Positions 40,523 to 50,620 of a DNA stretch of 64,000 bases are shown here, one piece after another. Each line of letters opens with the position of its first letter. The stretch's first letter is position 1. The translations under genes were made by a program, and so were the position numbers. Source of the stretch: Candidatus Bathyarchaeota archaeon (GTDB lineage Archaea; Thermoproteota; Bathyarchaeia; 40CM-2-53-6); NCBI GenBank assembly GCA_963726255.1, contig CAVSBL010000002.1, forward strand, positions 1,472,001 through 1,536,000, in the 5' to 3' direction. The notes below the pieces were generated by a model. It was not told where the DNA came from and ran no database searches. It saw only the letters and a program-made list of their open reading frames with translations.

Positions 40523-42879
40523 ATGAATGAAAGAGTGGGAAAGCTTAGGCAACAAAGCCTGGATACGAAACCGCGGATCTCTGGTGAAAGAGCCGAACTG
40601 ATGACGGAATTCTATGAACACTCCTCGGAACCCGCTAGCCCTATCAGAAGAGCTCTTGCATTCGAGCATTTGATGGAAAGCAAGGCGATCTACGTAGGTG
40701 ACGGAGAACTAATCGTCGGCGAAAGAGGCCCTGCACCGAAGGCCACACCCACGTACCCGGAACTATGCTGCCACAGCCTTAAGGACCTTCAAATTCTCAA
40801 CGACCGAAAGAAAATTTCCTTTGCCGTTGACGACCAAACGCGAAAGGTCTACGAGGACAGAATTATTCCGTTTTGGCGAGGCCGAACCATCCGTGACCGT
40901 ATCTTTTCCGAAATGTCGGATGAGTGGAAAGCGGCATACGAGGCCGGTATCTACACGGAGTTCATGGAACAGCGCGCCCCAGGGCACACTGTTTTGGACG
41001 ATAAAATCTACCGTAAAGGCTTCTTAGACTTTCAGGTCGACATCGAGAACGCGAAGCAAAAGCTCGACTATCACAACGACCCTGACGCTTACAGGAAGCA
41101 GAAAGAGCTCGAGGCCATGTCCATTTGTTGTGATGTCATCATCCGGTTTGCTCAACGCCACTCTGAGAAAGCGTGCGAGATGGCTCAGCATGAAACTAAC
41201 CCCCAACGAAGAGAGGAATTGGAGAGAATTGCAGAGGTTTGCTCAAATGTTCCGGCACATGCGCCGCGTGACTTCTGGGAGGCACTGCAGGCCTACTGGT
41301 TCGTTCACTTGGGCGTAATCACGGAACTTAACACGTGGGATTCCTTCTGCCCAGGCCATCTTGACCAACACCTGTTCCCGTTCTACAAGCGGGGGCTTGA
41401 GGATGGGACACTAACGAGGGACAAAGCGAAGGAGCTCTTGGAATGCCTCTGGGTGAAGTTCAACAATCAACCCGCGCCGCCGAAAGTCGGTGTAACGGCG
41501 GAGGAGAGCGCCACCTACACGGACTTCGCCAACATCAACCTCGGCGGCCTAAGGCAGGATGGTTCAGATGGGGTCAACGAACTCAGCTACTTGATCCTAG
41601 ATGTTATTGATGAGATGAGGCTCGTACAACCATCATCGAACATCCAACTCAGCAAGAAGAGCCCCGACCGCTTCCTGAAGAGAGCCTGCGAGATTATCAG
41701 GGAGGGATGGGGACAACCGTCGATATTCAACGTCGACCTAATTGTCGAAGAACTTATCCGCCAGGGCAAGGCTGTTGAAGACGCACGGTCAGGCGGCATA
41801 AGCGGTTGCGTTGAAACGGGATGCTTTGGCAAAGAGGCTTACATACTAACCGGGTACCTGAACCTACCGAAAATATTGGAGATTACCCTAAACAACGGAG
41901 TAGACCCGCGCACAGGCAAGAAGATTGGGTCGACCACGGACGACTCAGCGGGTTTCAAGTCTTTCGACGAACTCTTCGACGCATTCACTAAACAATTGAA
42001 ACATTTCGTTGACATCAAGGTTAGAGGCAGCAATATTATTGAAAGATTATTCGCCGAGCAAATGCCCGCCCCATTTCTATCGACGCTAATTGATGACTGC
42101 ATCGTGAAGGGTAGGGACTACAATGACGGGGGCCCACGCTACAATACGACTTACATAATGCCCGTTGGAATCGGCACGCTAACAGACAGCCTAGCAGCGA
42201 TCAAACGTCACGTCTTTGATGAGAAACAGTTGAGAATGGAGCAATTGCTCAAGACACTCGAAAAGAATTTTGAAGGACATGAATTAATCCGCCAAATGCT
42301 TTGGAATAAGACGCCGAAGTATGGAAACGACGACGACTACGCTGATGAATGGTTGAAAGCGGCCTTCGATTCATTATACCACGTGATTAGCGGCCGAAAG
42401 AACACGAAGGGAGGATTCTATGCAGTCAACTACCTCTCCACAACGTGCCACGTCTACTTCGGCTCGGTAGTGGGTGCAACGCCCGACGGAAGACACGCGT
42501 ATGAGCCAGTGTCCGAAGGTGTTTCACCCGTACAGGGTGCCGATACACACGGTCCTACAGCCGTGATAAAGTCGGTTGCCAAAATGGACCAAGTCCGCAG
42601 GGTGGAACGCTACTAAACCAGAAATTCTCCCCATCACTCCTAGAGGGCGAATTAGGCATTGACAACCTCGCACACCTGGTGCGATCCTACTTCAAGCTGG
42701 ACGGCCACCACGTCCAAATGAATGTCGTGACAGCGGAAACTCTACGCGCAGCACAAGCGAACCCTGAGAAATATCGGGACTTGATCGTTCGAGTGGCAGG
42801 GTACAGCGACTACTTCTGTGACCTGGGCAAGACACTGCAAGATGAAATCATTGCTCGAACAGAACACAAGTCCTTCTAG
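40523..42879 (+). CDS. hypD: trans-4-hydroxy-L-proline dehydratase (glycyl radical enzyme), single-base frameshift at about 42599
   Basis: EFMEQRAPGH, NTWD, ESATYTDF, SGCVE, LTGY and LSTTC correspond to recalled HypD active-site residues. GGTLLNQKF and the glycyl loop RVAGYS follow in the shifted frame. Confidence 0.88.
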
Positions 42880-42901
42880 GCTTCTAGGATAGCTCGCATG
42901 T

Positions 42902-43360
42902 TCACGTCTGCGTTGCCATCGACTCGCCTTTTTCCTGCCGCTCGGAATCTCCACGCCCATAATCCCAAGATAACACGCGCTCGGGTTTCAGCATCATAAC
43001 GACTCGATCAGGCTGCTTGACGGCTTCAACTAGCCATTCATTTCCTTCCTCTTCGCCGTAACGGAAAGAGATCTTCTTCAACCAGTCGTCTCGATTGTCC
43101 TTGAGGACCTGAGCGTTTCCGAATACGCACACAGCCACGTATGGACGGATGTCTGTTGCGATACTCAAAGCGACCGCAGGGTTACTTTTCATATGCTGCC
43201 CCTTCAAGCGGCCTATGCGGGTTGTGAAGTAGAAGATTCCGTTCTGGTATGTGTACCAAATAGGGTTCACACGCGGCTTCCCTTTCTTAGACACCGTAGC
43301 AAGATGAGCCATGCGTGGCTCTTGCAGAAATTTCTCAAGTTCGGTTTTGGATAATGGCAA
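42902..43360 (-). CDS. Pyridoxamine 5'-phosphate oxidase-like (PPOX, flavin/F420-binding) protein
   Basis: HLATVSKKGKPRVNPIWY and K...NPAVAL motifs. Confidence 0.85.
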   Translation of the reverse strand: MPLSKTELEKFLQEPRMAHLATVSKKGKPRVNPIWYTYQNGIFYFTTRIGRLKGQHMKSNPAVALSIATDIRPYVAVCVFGNAQVLKDNRDDWLKKISFRYGEEEGNEWLVEAVKQPDRVVMMLKPERVLSWDYGRGDSERQEKGESMATQT

Positions 43361-43379
43361 CTTTCTTCTCTCGCTAGCC

Positions 43380-43901
43380 CTAAAGTTTCCCTAGTTCCAA
43401 GCGATCCCCGTAACCGTTCAGGAAGGTAAGGTCACTCAGCGGTTTGCGATTCTTCCTCTTGCCGATGACCTTTCGGGCCGGGTACCCGAACCCAACGACG
43501 ACGCTTGGATTCAAGTTATTAGGTATACCAAAATCCCTTTGCAAGGCTTCAGGGTTCAATCCGGTGAAAAGGCAGGAAATTACCCCAAAGTTCCATGCGG
43601 CGATTTGCATATCTTGAGCCGCCCTGCCCGCGTCGAGCACGTGGAAACCAAATTTCGGGTTCGTTAGGACGATGACTGCGAAGTTCGCTTGAGCAACCCA
43701 ACTGCCTGTCGTGCTGTCTTCCGCCAGACTCTTGAGATGATCACGTCCTTGAACTAGGATAAAGCGCCAATGCTGATTGTTAATCCCACTCCCCGTGAGA
43801 CGGGCGGCTTCCAGGACCTTCAGCTTCACGTCCGCTGGAACGTCTCTTGAATCGAATTCGCGCACGTCCAGTTTCGTTGCGACGCATTCATACGCATCCA
43901 T
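43380..43901 (-). CDS. Nitroreductase family protein
   Basis: VREF, SGINNQHWRF, DAGRAAQDMQIAA, GFGYP and RKPL motifs. Confidence 0.87.
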   Translation of the reverse strand: MDAYECVATKLDVREFDSRDVPADVKLKVLEAARLTGSGINNQHWRFILVQGRDHLKSLAEDSTTGSWVAQANFAVIVLTNPKFGFHVLDAGRAAQDMQIAAWNFGVISCLFTGLNPEALQRDFGIPNNLNPSVVVGFGYPARKVIGKRKNRKPLSDLTFLNGYGDRLELGKL

Positions 43902-43957
43902 GTAACTCAGCCCTCTGCTATTGGAGCAACTCAACAGATAAAGATGGAATTAGCGAG

Positions 43958-45250
43958 TCAGCTGGCTTGAAGCGCATTCAAACCTGCATAGCGAACCTTA
44001 CTGCCAAGCTCCTTCTCTATAGCAAGCAGTCGGTTATACTTGACAATTCGTTCACCGCGGCAAGGTGCCCCCGCCTTTATCTGCCCACAGTTCAATGCGA
44101 CCGCGAGGTCGGAAATGGTTGTGTCCTCTGTCTCGCCTGACCTGTGACTAACCACAACCCTGTAATGATTAGCCAGCGCCAACTTTGCAGCATCAACTGC
44201 CTCCGTCAAAGTGCCAATCTGGTTAACCTTCAACAGAAGCGCATTCGCGGCACCGGCGTCGATGCCTTTCTTCAATCGCGTAACGTTTGTAACGAAGATG
44301 TCGTCGCCCACGACCTGAACCCAGTGGCCGACCTTGCGTGTGAACTGGGCGGTATGTTCGAAATCTTCCTGTTCGAATGGATCCTCGATGTAGCGGATTG
44401 GAAAACTCTTTGCCAACTGTTCGTAGAACTCTGCTAGTTCTTCTGGGGAGAGTTTCTTCCCATCAATTTCGTACATTCCGTTTCGGCAGAATTCTGATGA
44501 GGCGGCGTCGAACCCTAGGAAAACGTCTTTTCCGGCGGAGTAGCCGGCCTCGGATATGGCCTGCGACAGAATCTGAAGGGCTTCTAAAGTCCTGTTGAGA
44601 GGGGGTGCAAATCCGCCTTCATCGCCAACGTTGATCGCTTGCCTTCCATGTTTGGATTCGATTACCCGCTTGAGTGTGTGGTATATTTCTGAGCCAGCGC
44701 GTAGGGCTTCCGTGAAGCTCTTTGCTCCCGCGGGTAGAACCATGAATTCCTGGACCTTCAGTCCCGTCCCAGCATGCTTGCCACCGTTGATTACATTCAT
44801 GGCCGGTACGGGAAGGGTTCGACCGTTTCCGTTGCTCAAATAATCATACAGGGATTTCCCTTCAAGCCGGGCGGCAAGCTTCGCCACCGCCAACGATACG
44901 GCTAGTATCGCATTTGCGCCCAGCCGCGACTTGTTCGGTGTCCCATCCAAGTCGATCATTGCATGGTCAATATTCGACTGTTGCCGTGGGTCGAGGCCTA
45001 TGAGCTTCGGGGCGATTACTTCCCCGATGTTTCTGAGGACTTTGAGCACGCCCAATCCGGCGTAACGTTTCGGATCTCCGTCCCGGAGTTCCAGGGCCTC
45101 GTGCGTTCCCGTCGAAGCGCCCGAGGGGACTGCAGCTTTCTCCCATGTGTCATCGGAGTAAATTGCTGCCTCAACGGTTGGGTTTCCCCTCGAGTCTAGG
45201 ATTTCTCGGCCGCTCACCTTAGTTATCTTGAACTGGTTGGGCAATTGCAA
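43958..45250 (-). CDS. eno: Enolase (phosphopyruvate hydratase)
   Basis: REILDSRGNPTVE, VPSGASTG, VGDEGGFAP, LLKVNQIGTL and SHRSGETED motifs. Confidence 0.97.
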   Translation of the reverse strand: MQLPNQFKITKVSGREILDSRGNPTVEAAIYSDDTWEKAAVPSGASTGTHEALELRDGDPKRYAGLGVLKVLRNIGEVIAPKLIGLDPRQQSNIDHAMIDLDGTPNKSRLGANAILAVSLAVAKLAARLEGKSLYDYLSNGNGRTLPVPAMNVINGGKHAGTGLKVQEFMVLPAGAKSFTEALRAGSEIYHTLKRVIESKHGRQAINVGDEGGFAPPLNRTLEALQILSQAISEAGYSAGKDVFLGFDAASSEFCRNGMYEIDGKKLSPEELAEFYEQLAKSFPIRYIEDPFEQEDFEHTAQFTRKVGHWVQVVGDDIFVTNVTRLKKGIDAGAANALLLKVNQIGTLTEAVDAAKLALANHYRVVVSHRSGETEDTTISDLAVALNCGQIKAGAPCRGERIVKYNRLLAIEKELGSKVRYAGLNALQAS

Positions 45251-45336
45251 ACATCAAGCCATGAAAAACGTGCGTAACATAACAATCTTTGCGAAGCACT
45301 AATACATACAAAAGCAATACCTACGGCCACGGAGAG

Positions 45337-47283
45337 GTGCATTCCTCGAACTTCCGCCCAATAGTTTACGCGTCGATTTTGCTCGGCTTCCTGCTCTTCG
45401 TGGCACTCCCATTATCTACGGCGCAAACCAGACCGTCGGCCTCTACGGCAGACAACCTAAACGGCGTGGCTATTCTGGCTCCCAATGATGCTTGGGCTGT
45501 TGGGAACGCAGGGACAATCGAACATTTCGACGGCTCATATTGGACCCTGGTTGCTTCGAGCACCAGCTCACACCTTCTTGGATTATCATTCGGGCCGCCA
45601 GGGGCGCCCAGTTCAGATTCAGGTTTCGCGGTAGGCGGGAGCGGCGGAACGGCCGTCGCACTCTTCCACAGCCCAGTTTCGTGGGAACAAGCAATGACTG
45701 GGCTTTCTGGACCCGATGCACAGGAACTTGGGTCAGTCTTCCCGACTAGTTCTACTGATGCGTGGGCTGTCGACGCTGTTTCGGGCGCGTTTTGGCATTG
45801 GTCTGGGGTTGTGGGCTTGGGGGGTGGATGGAACGAGGTTTCCTCGGCCTCGGCTGGGCTGAATTCCATCTTTATGACCAGCGCATCAGACGGCTGGGCG
45901 GTTGGCTTAGGCGGAATCATCTACCATTATGCGGGCGGGGGGTGGTCGCCGTATCCCAGCGTGGGAACAACTCTCAACTCCGTATTCATGGTTAACCAAA
46001 ACGAGGGATGGGCCGTTGGCGACGGGGGAAACATTTTCCATTACTCGTCAGGGATATGGACAGGCCCCGTTTCATCCTCGCCCACGAACCAGAACCTCAA
46101 AGCAGTTTTCTTTGTAAGCCCAACGGAGGGCTGGGCTGTGGGCGCTTCCGGAACTGTATTGCATTACTTGAATGGCGCGTGGTTGTTGGCTTCGAATCAG
46201 TTTGGGACAAACCAGAATTTGAACGCCGTCTCCTTCCTCGGGGGAAATGGTTGGGCGGTTGGCGATTTTGGAACAATCATACCGTTGAGTACCCAAACAC
46301 CTCCGCAAGGTGTTCCTGGATCGACATTTGAGTCGGTTTACTTGTCGAACGGTGGCGATGGATGGATAGTTGGATGCTCTACCGGGGGTTGCGGAAGCGG
46401 TGCGGGCGAGCCCACGTTGCTTCATTGGAACGGTAACTCATTCACCAGAGGAAGCGCTTATGCGACCGCAACGGACCTTTACTCGGTTTCCATGGTGAAC
46501 CCATCTGAGGGGTGGGCTGTGGGCGGCCTGGGAAGCAACCCGGCTATTTTGCATTTCACTGGGGGATCGTGGGTGCAGGTTCCAGCGCCACCCGTCAACG
46601 GGATCTTACACTCGGTGTTCATGGTTGATGCGGGCAACGGTTGGGCCGTGGGAGATAACGGCGCAATCCTCCACTACTCTGGCGGCTCATGGGGAGTAGT
46701 CTCAGCGCCCACACCAAACACGCTGCGGAGTATCTTCATGGTAGGCCCCAGTGATGGCTGGGCTGTAGGTAACGTGGGAACAATACTCCGATACCAGAGC
46801 GGCCAATGGTTAACCTACTCTAGCTCAACGAGCGCATCCTTGAACTCGGTCTTTTTCCTGGACTCAAGCCACGGGTGGGCTGTAGGTTCCGGTGGCACGC
46901 TTCTCTATTTCAACGGCGTGGGGTGGGTTCCCGTAGCTGCTGGAGTTTCATCAAAGCTGAACTCGGTGGCGCAGGTGAACCCGCAGGAAGCATGGGCAGT
47001 CGGTGACTTGGGTACAATCCTGCATTGGAATGGAATAAGCTGGTACAAGACTGCGCCTTCTCCTTCAATCTCCGGCAACCCTAACTTGAATTCCATCTTC
47101 ATCTCGTCGAACGGTTTCGGTTTGATCGTGGGTGCACCTCAAGCTGCGGGCAGCCAAGGAACCATCCTACAGGTTTCAACGCTCAACCCCATCCCGGAGG
47201 TAACCACGCCACAGCTTGTGCTTGCCGCCGTGTTCGGGGCATCGCTAATCGTCATCCAAATTCGGCGCCGAAGACTCGGATGA
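45337..47283 (+). CDS. Secreted beta-propeller-like repeat surface protein with C-terminal membrane anchor
   Basis: Signal peptide, 14 LxSV...GWAVG..G.I.H repeats, C-terminal PIPE + TM + RRRR; GGAGAG precedes GTG 45337. Confidence 0.8.
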   Translation: MHSSNFRPIVYASILLGFLLFVALPLSTAQTRPSASTADNLNGVAILAPNDAWAVGNAGTIEHFDGSYWTLVASSTSSHLLGLSFGPPGAPSSDSGFAVGGSGGTAVALFHSPVSWEQAMTGLSGPDAQELGSVFPTSSTDAWAVDAVSGAFWHWSGVVGLGGGWNEVSSASAGLNSIFMTSASDGWAVGLGGIIYHYAGGGWSPYPSVGTTLNSVFMVNQNEGWAVGDGGNIFHYSSGIWTGPVSSSPTNQNLKAVFFVSPTEGWAVGASGTVLHYLNGAWLLASNQFGTNQNLNAVSFLGGNGWAVGDFGTIIPLSTQTPPQGVPGSTFESVYLSNGGDGWIVGCSTGGCGSGAGEPTLLHWNGNSFTRGSAYATATDLYSVSMVNPSEGWAVGGLGSNPAILHFTGGSWVQVPAPPVNGILHSVFMVDAGNGWAVGDNGAILHYSGGSWGVVSAPTPNTLRSIFMVGPSDGWAVGNVGTILRYQSGQWLTYSSSTSASLNSVFFLDSSHGWAVGSGGTLLYFNGVGWVPVAAGVSSKLNSVAQVNPQEAWAVGDLGTILHWNGISWYKTAPSPSISGNPNLNSIFISSNGFGLIVGAPQAAGSQGTILQVSTLNPIPEVTTPQLVLAAVFGASLIVIQIRRRRLG

Positions 47284-47363
47284 TGTGGAACTGCGTTCTC
47301 GATGATTCGCCCACACTCTTTTCTTAGGGAACACTTCAGCTGCGATTAAGCGGTGTTCACTGG

Positions 47364-48104
47364 ATGAAGCGCTGGGCACGAAAATTCCTGATTACACTCT
47401 TACTCATGTTCCCAGTCGTTTTCACCGTGCTGTCTTACCTCGAAGACCTCGCGGAGTCAGGTGCGGAGGGCCCAGCTGGAGGGATTATTGCGCTGATGTC
47501 GAACCTCCCGCGGATCGTAATCGACCTAGCGACAGCGGGAGGTTACGCTGGAATTTTCGCCCTCATGTTGCTGGAAGCAGCGGCCTTCCCAGTGCCCAGT
47601 GAAATAATCCTGCCGCTAGCCGGGTACCTCGTTTCGCAGGGAACATTGGAGTTCTGGTTTGTTGTTCTCATTAGTACCTTAGCCGCAATGATAGGTTCCT
47701 TCGTAGACTATTTCATCGGTTGGAAACTTGGCAGTTCCCTCCTTGTGGGAAAGTCGAGACTCCCCTACATTGATGCGACACGCCTTCGGAGAACCCGCGG
47801 CTGGTTCGACAGACACGGTGCGGTAGCGGTCGCATTACTTCGATTAGTACCAACGGCGAGGGTGCTGGTTTCGTTTCCAGCGGGTGCTTACAAGATGAGT
47901 AAGTCGAAGTTCGCGTTCTACACTCTCGCAGGTTGCCTACCATGGAACATATCACTAGTCTATCTTGGATGGTGGCTTGGGTCTTCTTGGGAGGAAGTTG
48001 TGGCCGCCTTTAGATACATCAACCTCGTCGTCTACTTTTTGATCGCATTAATCGTGATATGGATCGTGTGGCGGTTGGTGTCGAAGCGAAACAAACGAGC
48101 GTAG
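47364..48104 (+). CDS. DedA family membrane protein
   Basis: LEAAAFPVPSEIILPLAG, FDRHG and RLVP..R..VSFPAG motifs. Confidence 0.9.
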   Translation: MKRWARKFLITLLLMFPVVFTVLSYLEDLAESGAEGPAGGIIALMSNLPRIVIDLATAGGYAGIFALMLLEAAAFPVPSEIILPLAGYLVSQGTLEFWFVVLISTLAAMIGSFVDYFIGWKLGSSLLVGKSRLPYIDATRLRRTRGWFDRHGAVAVALLRLVPTARVLVSFPAGAYKMSKSKFAFYTLAGCLPWNISLVYLGWWLGSSWEEVVAAFRYINLVVYFLIALIVIWIVWRLVSKRNKRA

Positions 48105-48118
48105 AGACGACTCTTACC

Positions 48119-48493
48119 CTAATTCTCTCTTAGCTTTCTGTGAAGCTGTTCCACACGACGCGTCGTCACCCAATCCTTATGGTGCCGAAAACCGCCCCCG
48201 AAGGATCTCGGGATATGTAAGAGTTCGTGGATCAGAGTCTTCTCTTTTTCGTCGTATGGCAAGGAGTCGTATTGTTCAGCCAGGACTTCAACCACATAGT
48301 AAGCTGGTTCGCTCAGTGCTTGCTGCCAAATGCGCGGCAACGAGTGAACGCGGGCTATGGTATTGTTGGCTTTGGAGCCGTAGCTTCGGTAGCAGTAGAC
48401 CCGGTGCTTGGGGATATGCGTGAAACCTAGCTTGTCTATGATTTTGACTAGCATCTCGGAGACGTCGGGTGCACGTTGGTACCGAAATTGCAT
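48119..48493 (-). CDS. Small putative zinc metallopeptidase
   Basis: HELLH (HExxH) plus downstream RHH; 124 aa. Confidence 0.75.
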   Translation of the reverse strand: MQFRYQRAPDVSEMLVKIIDKLGFTHIPKHRVYCYRSYGSKANNTIARVHSLPRIWQQALSEPAYYVVEVLAEQYDSLPYDEKEKTLIHELLHIPRSFGGGFRHHKDWVTTRRVEQLHRKLREN

Positions 48494-48563
48494 GCATAGA
48501 TGATGAGGCTACGTACCTAAAATGTAATTGTCAAGGATCTTGAAAATGATGCTGAGTCAATGC

Positions 48564-49088
48564 TTAGGGGTTTGCATTAATCAAAGCGAAAGCCGTTTCC
48601 ACCGCTCTCTGCGGTGTGCTCTCTCCTAGTATTCGTTCGATCTTCCGATCGTCAATGTACGTATCAGCCAGTCGGTCTGCCATTCCTCCGGTACCTTTCA
48701 GTGCGATGATTGGTATCTTCTTCTGGTAGGCTGCGGCTACCTCGATCATGGTTCCGGCCCCACCGCCGACAATTACGATTGCGTCCGCAGAGTATGCGGT
48801 TAGGAAATCTCTGGCGAAGCCTATGCCTGTGGCTATGACGACATCGGAGAACTCGTTCGCTGCTCCCTTATCGTCTTGAGGAACTATACCAACCACGAAA
48901 CCACCGCCATCCTTAGCCCCGCGGCTTGCTGCCTCCATCACTCCGCCAAGCCCACCGCTAATGAGAACTGCGCCCTGCCTCGCCACCTCTAACCCCACTT
49001 GGTAGGCGGCCCGGTACGCAATCTCTGGGCAATGGTCCTTCCCGAACCCTATAACTAAGATTTGTACACGCCTCGGCATCAAGACCAC
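48564..49088 (-). CDS. LOG/SLOG-superfamily protein (TIGR00725-like)
   Basis: SGGLGGVMEAASRGA, TGIGFAR, GGGAGTMIE and GTGG motifs. Confidence 0.85.
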   Translation of the reverse strand: MVLMPRRVQILVIGFGKDHCPEIAYRAAYQVGLEVARQGAVLISGGLGGVMEAASRGAKDGGGFVVGIVPQDDKGAANEFSDVVIATGIGFARDFLTAYSADAIVIVGGGAGTMIEVAAAYQKKIPIIALKGTGGMADRLADTYIDDRKIERILGESTPQRAVETAFALINANP

Positions 49089-49104
49089 CCGCTATACGTT
49101 GATG

Positions 49105-49695
49105 CTACCTTACTGGGCCCTCTTCGATTCTTCTTCGGATTTCCGAGAGAAGCGTTTTGACCGATTCAAGTTCGATTTGATCGAGTTTTGAAAGAATATC
49201 CTCTACAATTAGCGCTTTCCGGACATGTACGTTTCCTAGCAGATATTCCTCGTATGCCCAGAGAAGTGCTTCAATCTTGTCTGCTGCCTTCAGAATGCTT
49301 ACTTCAGTCGCCGAAATCTCCCGACTTGACCTCCGCAGGCGAATGTACTCGTGGGCAAGATCAGGCGGCAAGCTGCCCATTAAATTCTCGAACCACTCCA
49401 GGGCACGGTCATCTAGCTTTTCGGCAAAAGCGACGTCCTGATGTTTGAAGGGGTGGTGAATGTCGCCCGTCCGTGCTTCCTCGGCGTCGTGCAAAAGCGC
49501 CATTCTAAGCAACCGCTCCACATCCACCTTTGTCCCTCTTTTCTTTTCGAGGTCGGCTAGAACCATAGCATACAACGCCGTGTAGTAGGAATGTTGTGCA
49601 ACATCTTCGCGGAAATGGCATTTGTAAACGCTGAACCTTCCCACTGTCATCAGCGACCTGATGGCTAACAGAAAATCGAGGACTTCCGGTTTCAA
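49105..49695 (-). CDS. HD-domain hydrolase (YfbR-like 5'-deoxynucleotidase family)
   Basis: EDVAQHS, ALLHDAEEARTGDI and AADKIE motifs. Confidence 0.85.
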   Translation of the reverse strand: MKPEVLDFLLAIRSLMTVGRFSVYKCHFREDVAQHSYYTALYAMVLADLEKKRGTKVDVERLLRMALLHDAEEARTGDIHHPFKHQDVAFAEKLDDRALEWFENLMGSLPPDLAHEYIRLRRSSREISATEVSILKAADKIEALLWAYEEYLLGNVHVRKALIVEDILSKLDQIELESVKTLLSEIRRRIEEGPVR

Positions 49696-49734
49696 CAGTG
49701 TCCCTCAAATCTAAGAAGAATCGCCTTGAGTAAT

Positions 49735-50274
49735 CTAGCTTTCTGCGTGCGTCAAGCTCTTCTCGAGCGTGAGCGAGTTCAACCGCTGGACTTCTGGAAT
49801 ATCGTAATATTTTGTTAGAATTTCTTGTGGGTTACTGGATTTTCGGTATCCGTGCTTTTCGTAGAATGTGATTGCCCAGGAGGCTCGAGTGTAAGTTCCA
49901 ATTATGATTCTCATAGCCTTGTTTGAGTTCGTTATGATTTCTTCGATGTGCCTGAGCAGGAGACTGCCGATGCCTCTGCCTTGGGATTTGGGACGCGTGT
50001 AGGCGTGTCTGATGAGCGCCACGTCGTCAATGTATTCATACCCCATAACTCCGAGCATGTTGCCTTCCTCCTCATAGGCAAGGAATGATACTCTCTCGAT
50101 TTCTCGCTGCAACTCGTTCATGGTCATCTGCGGTTCATGGTATACGTGAGGCGGCAGGACGGGTTCGTAGGCCTTTGCTGCTTCGTTGATGATTTGCAGG
50201 ATTGCAGCCAGTCTTTGGTGGGTGCAGTGCCGTATGGTTCCAGCGGGGGGTGGTAACTCAGCCAGGGGGTTCAT
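49735..50274 (-). CDS. GNAT-family N-acetyltransferase
   Basis: QGRGIGSLLL acetyl-CoA motif, AITFYEKHGY. Confidence 0.87.
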   Translation of the reverse strand: MNPLAELPPPAGTIRHCTHQRLAAILQIINEAAKAYEPVLPPHVYHEPQMTMNELQREIERVSFLAYEEEGNMLGVMGYEYIDDVALIRHAYTRPKSQGRGIGSLLLRHIEEIITNSNKAMRIIIGTYTRASWAITFYEKHGYRKSSNPQEILTKYYDIPEVQRLNSLTLEKSLTHAES

Positions 50275-50620
50275 CTCGCTTTGGAAATCCGGTGCTCGGA
50301 TGCCTCATTTTGGCCTATCTCAACTATAAGCGGTTGAGTCTCAAAAACGGGGGCGGGATCGCCTGAAGACCCATTGGCCGTCTTATATGGCTCAGGGCTT
50401 TCTCCCCGTACTCGTGTGGATTTAAGGAAAAACACGCCTCTGTGGCTGCCTAATAGAACATTGAACATGTGAAATTATAGTCCTGGGCTGTGTTCAGGTA
50501 TGCACGTGGCAGTGTCCAATTGAAAAATTGAGTCTCATTCTTGAGAGAGAACGAGGCCAGAACGCGATTCACACGTCTTGGCTCAGGATAAAGGTCGCCT
50601 GACTGTCTGGAGGTGATTGT

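Noticed and set aside
40523-42879. Pyruvate formate-lyase or choline TMA-lyase
   Set aside because: Has a single-Cys SGCVE motif rather than the PFL Cys-Cys pair, and carries HypD-type motifs.
42679-42879. Stand-alone GrcA-like glycyl radical spare part
   Set aside because: The upstream frame continues seamlessly as GGTLLNQKF, so it is the hypD C-terminus after a frameshift.
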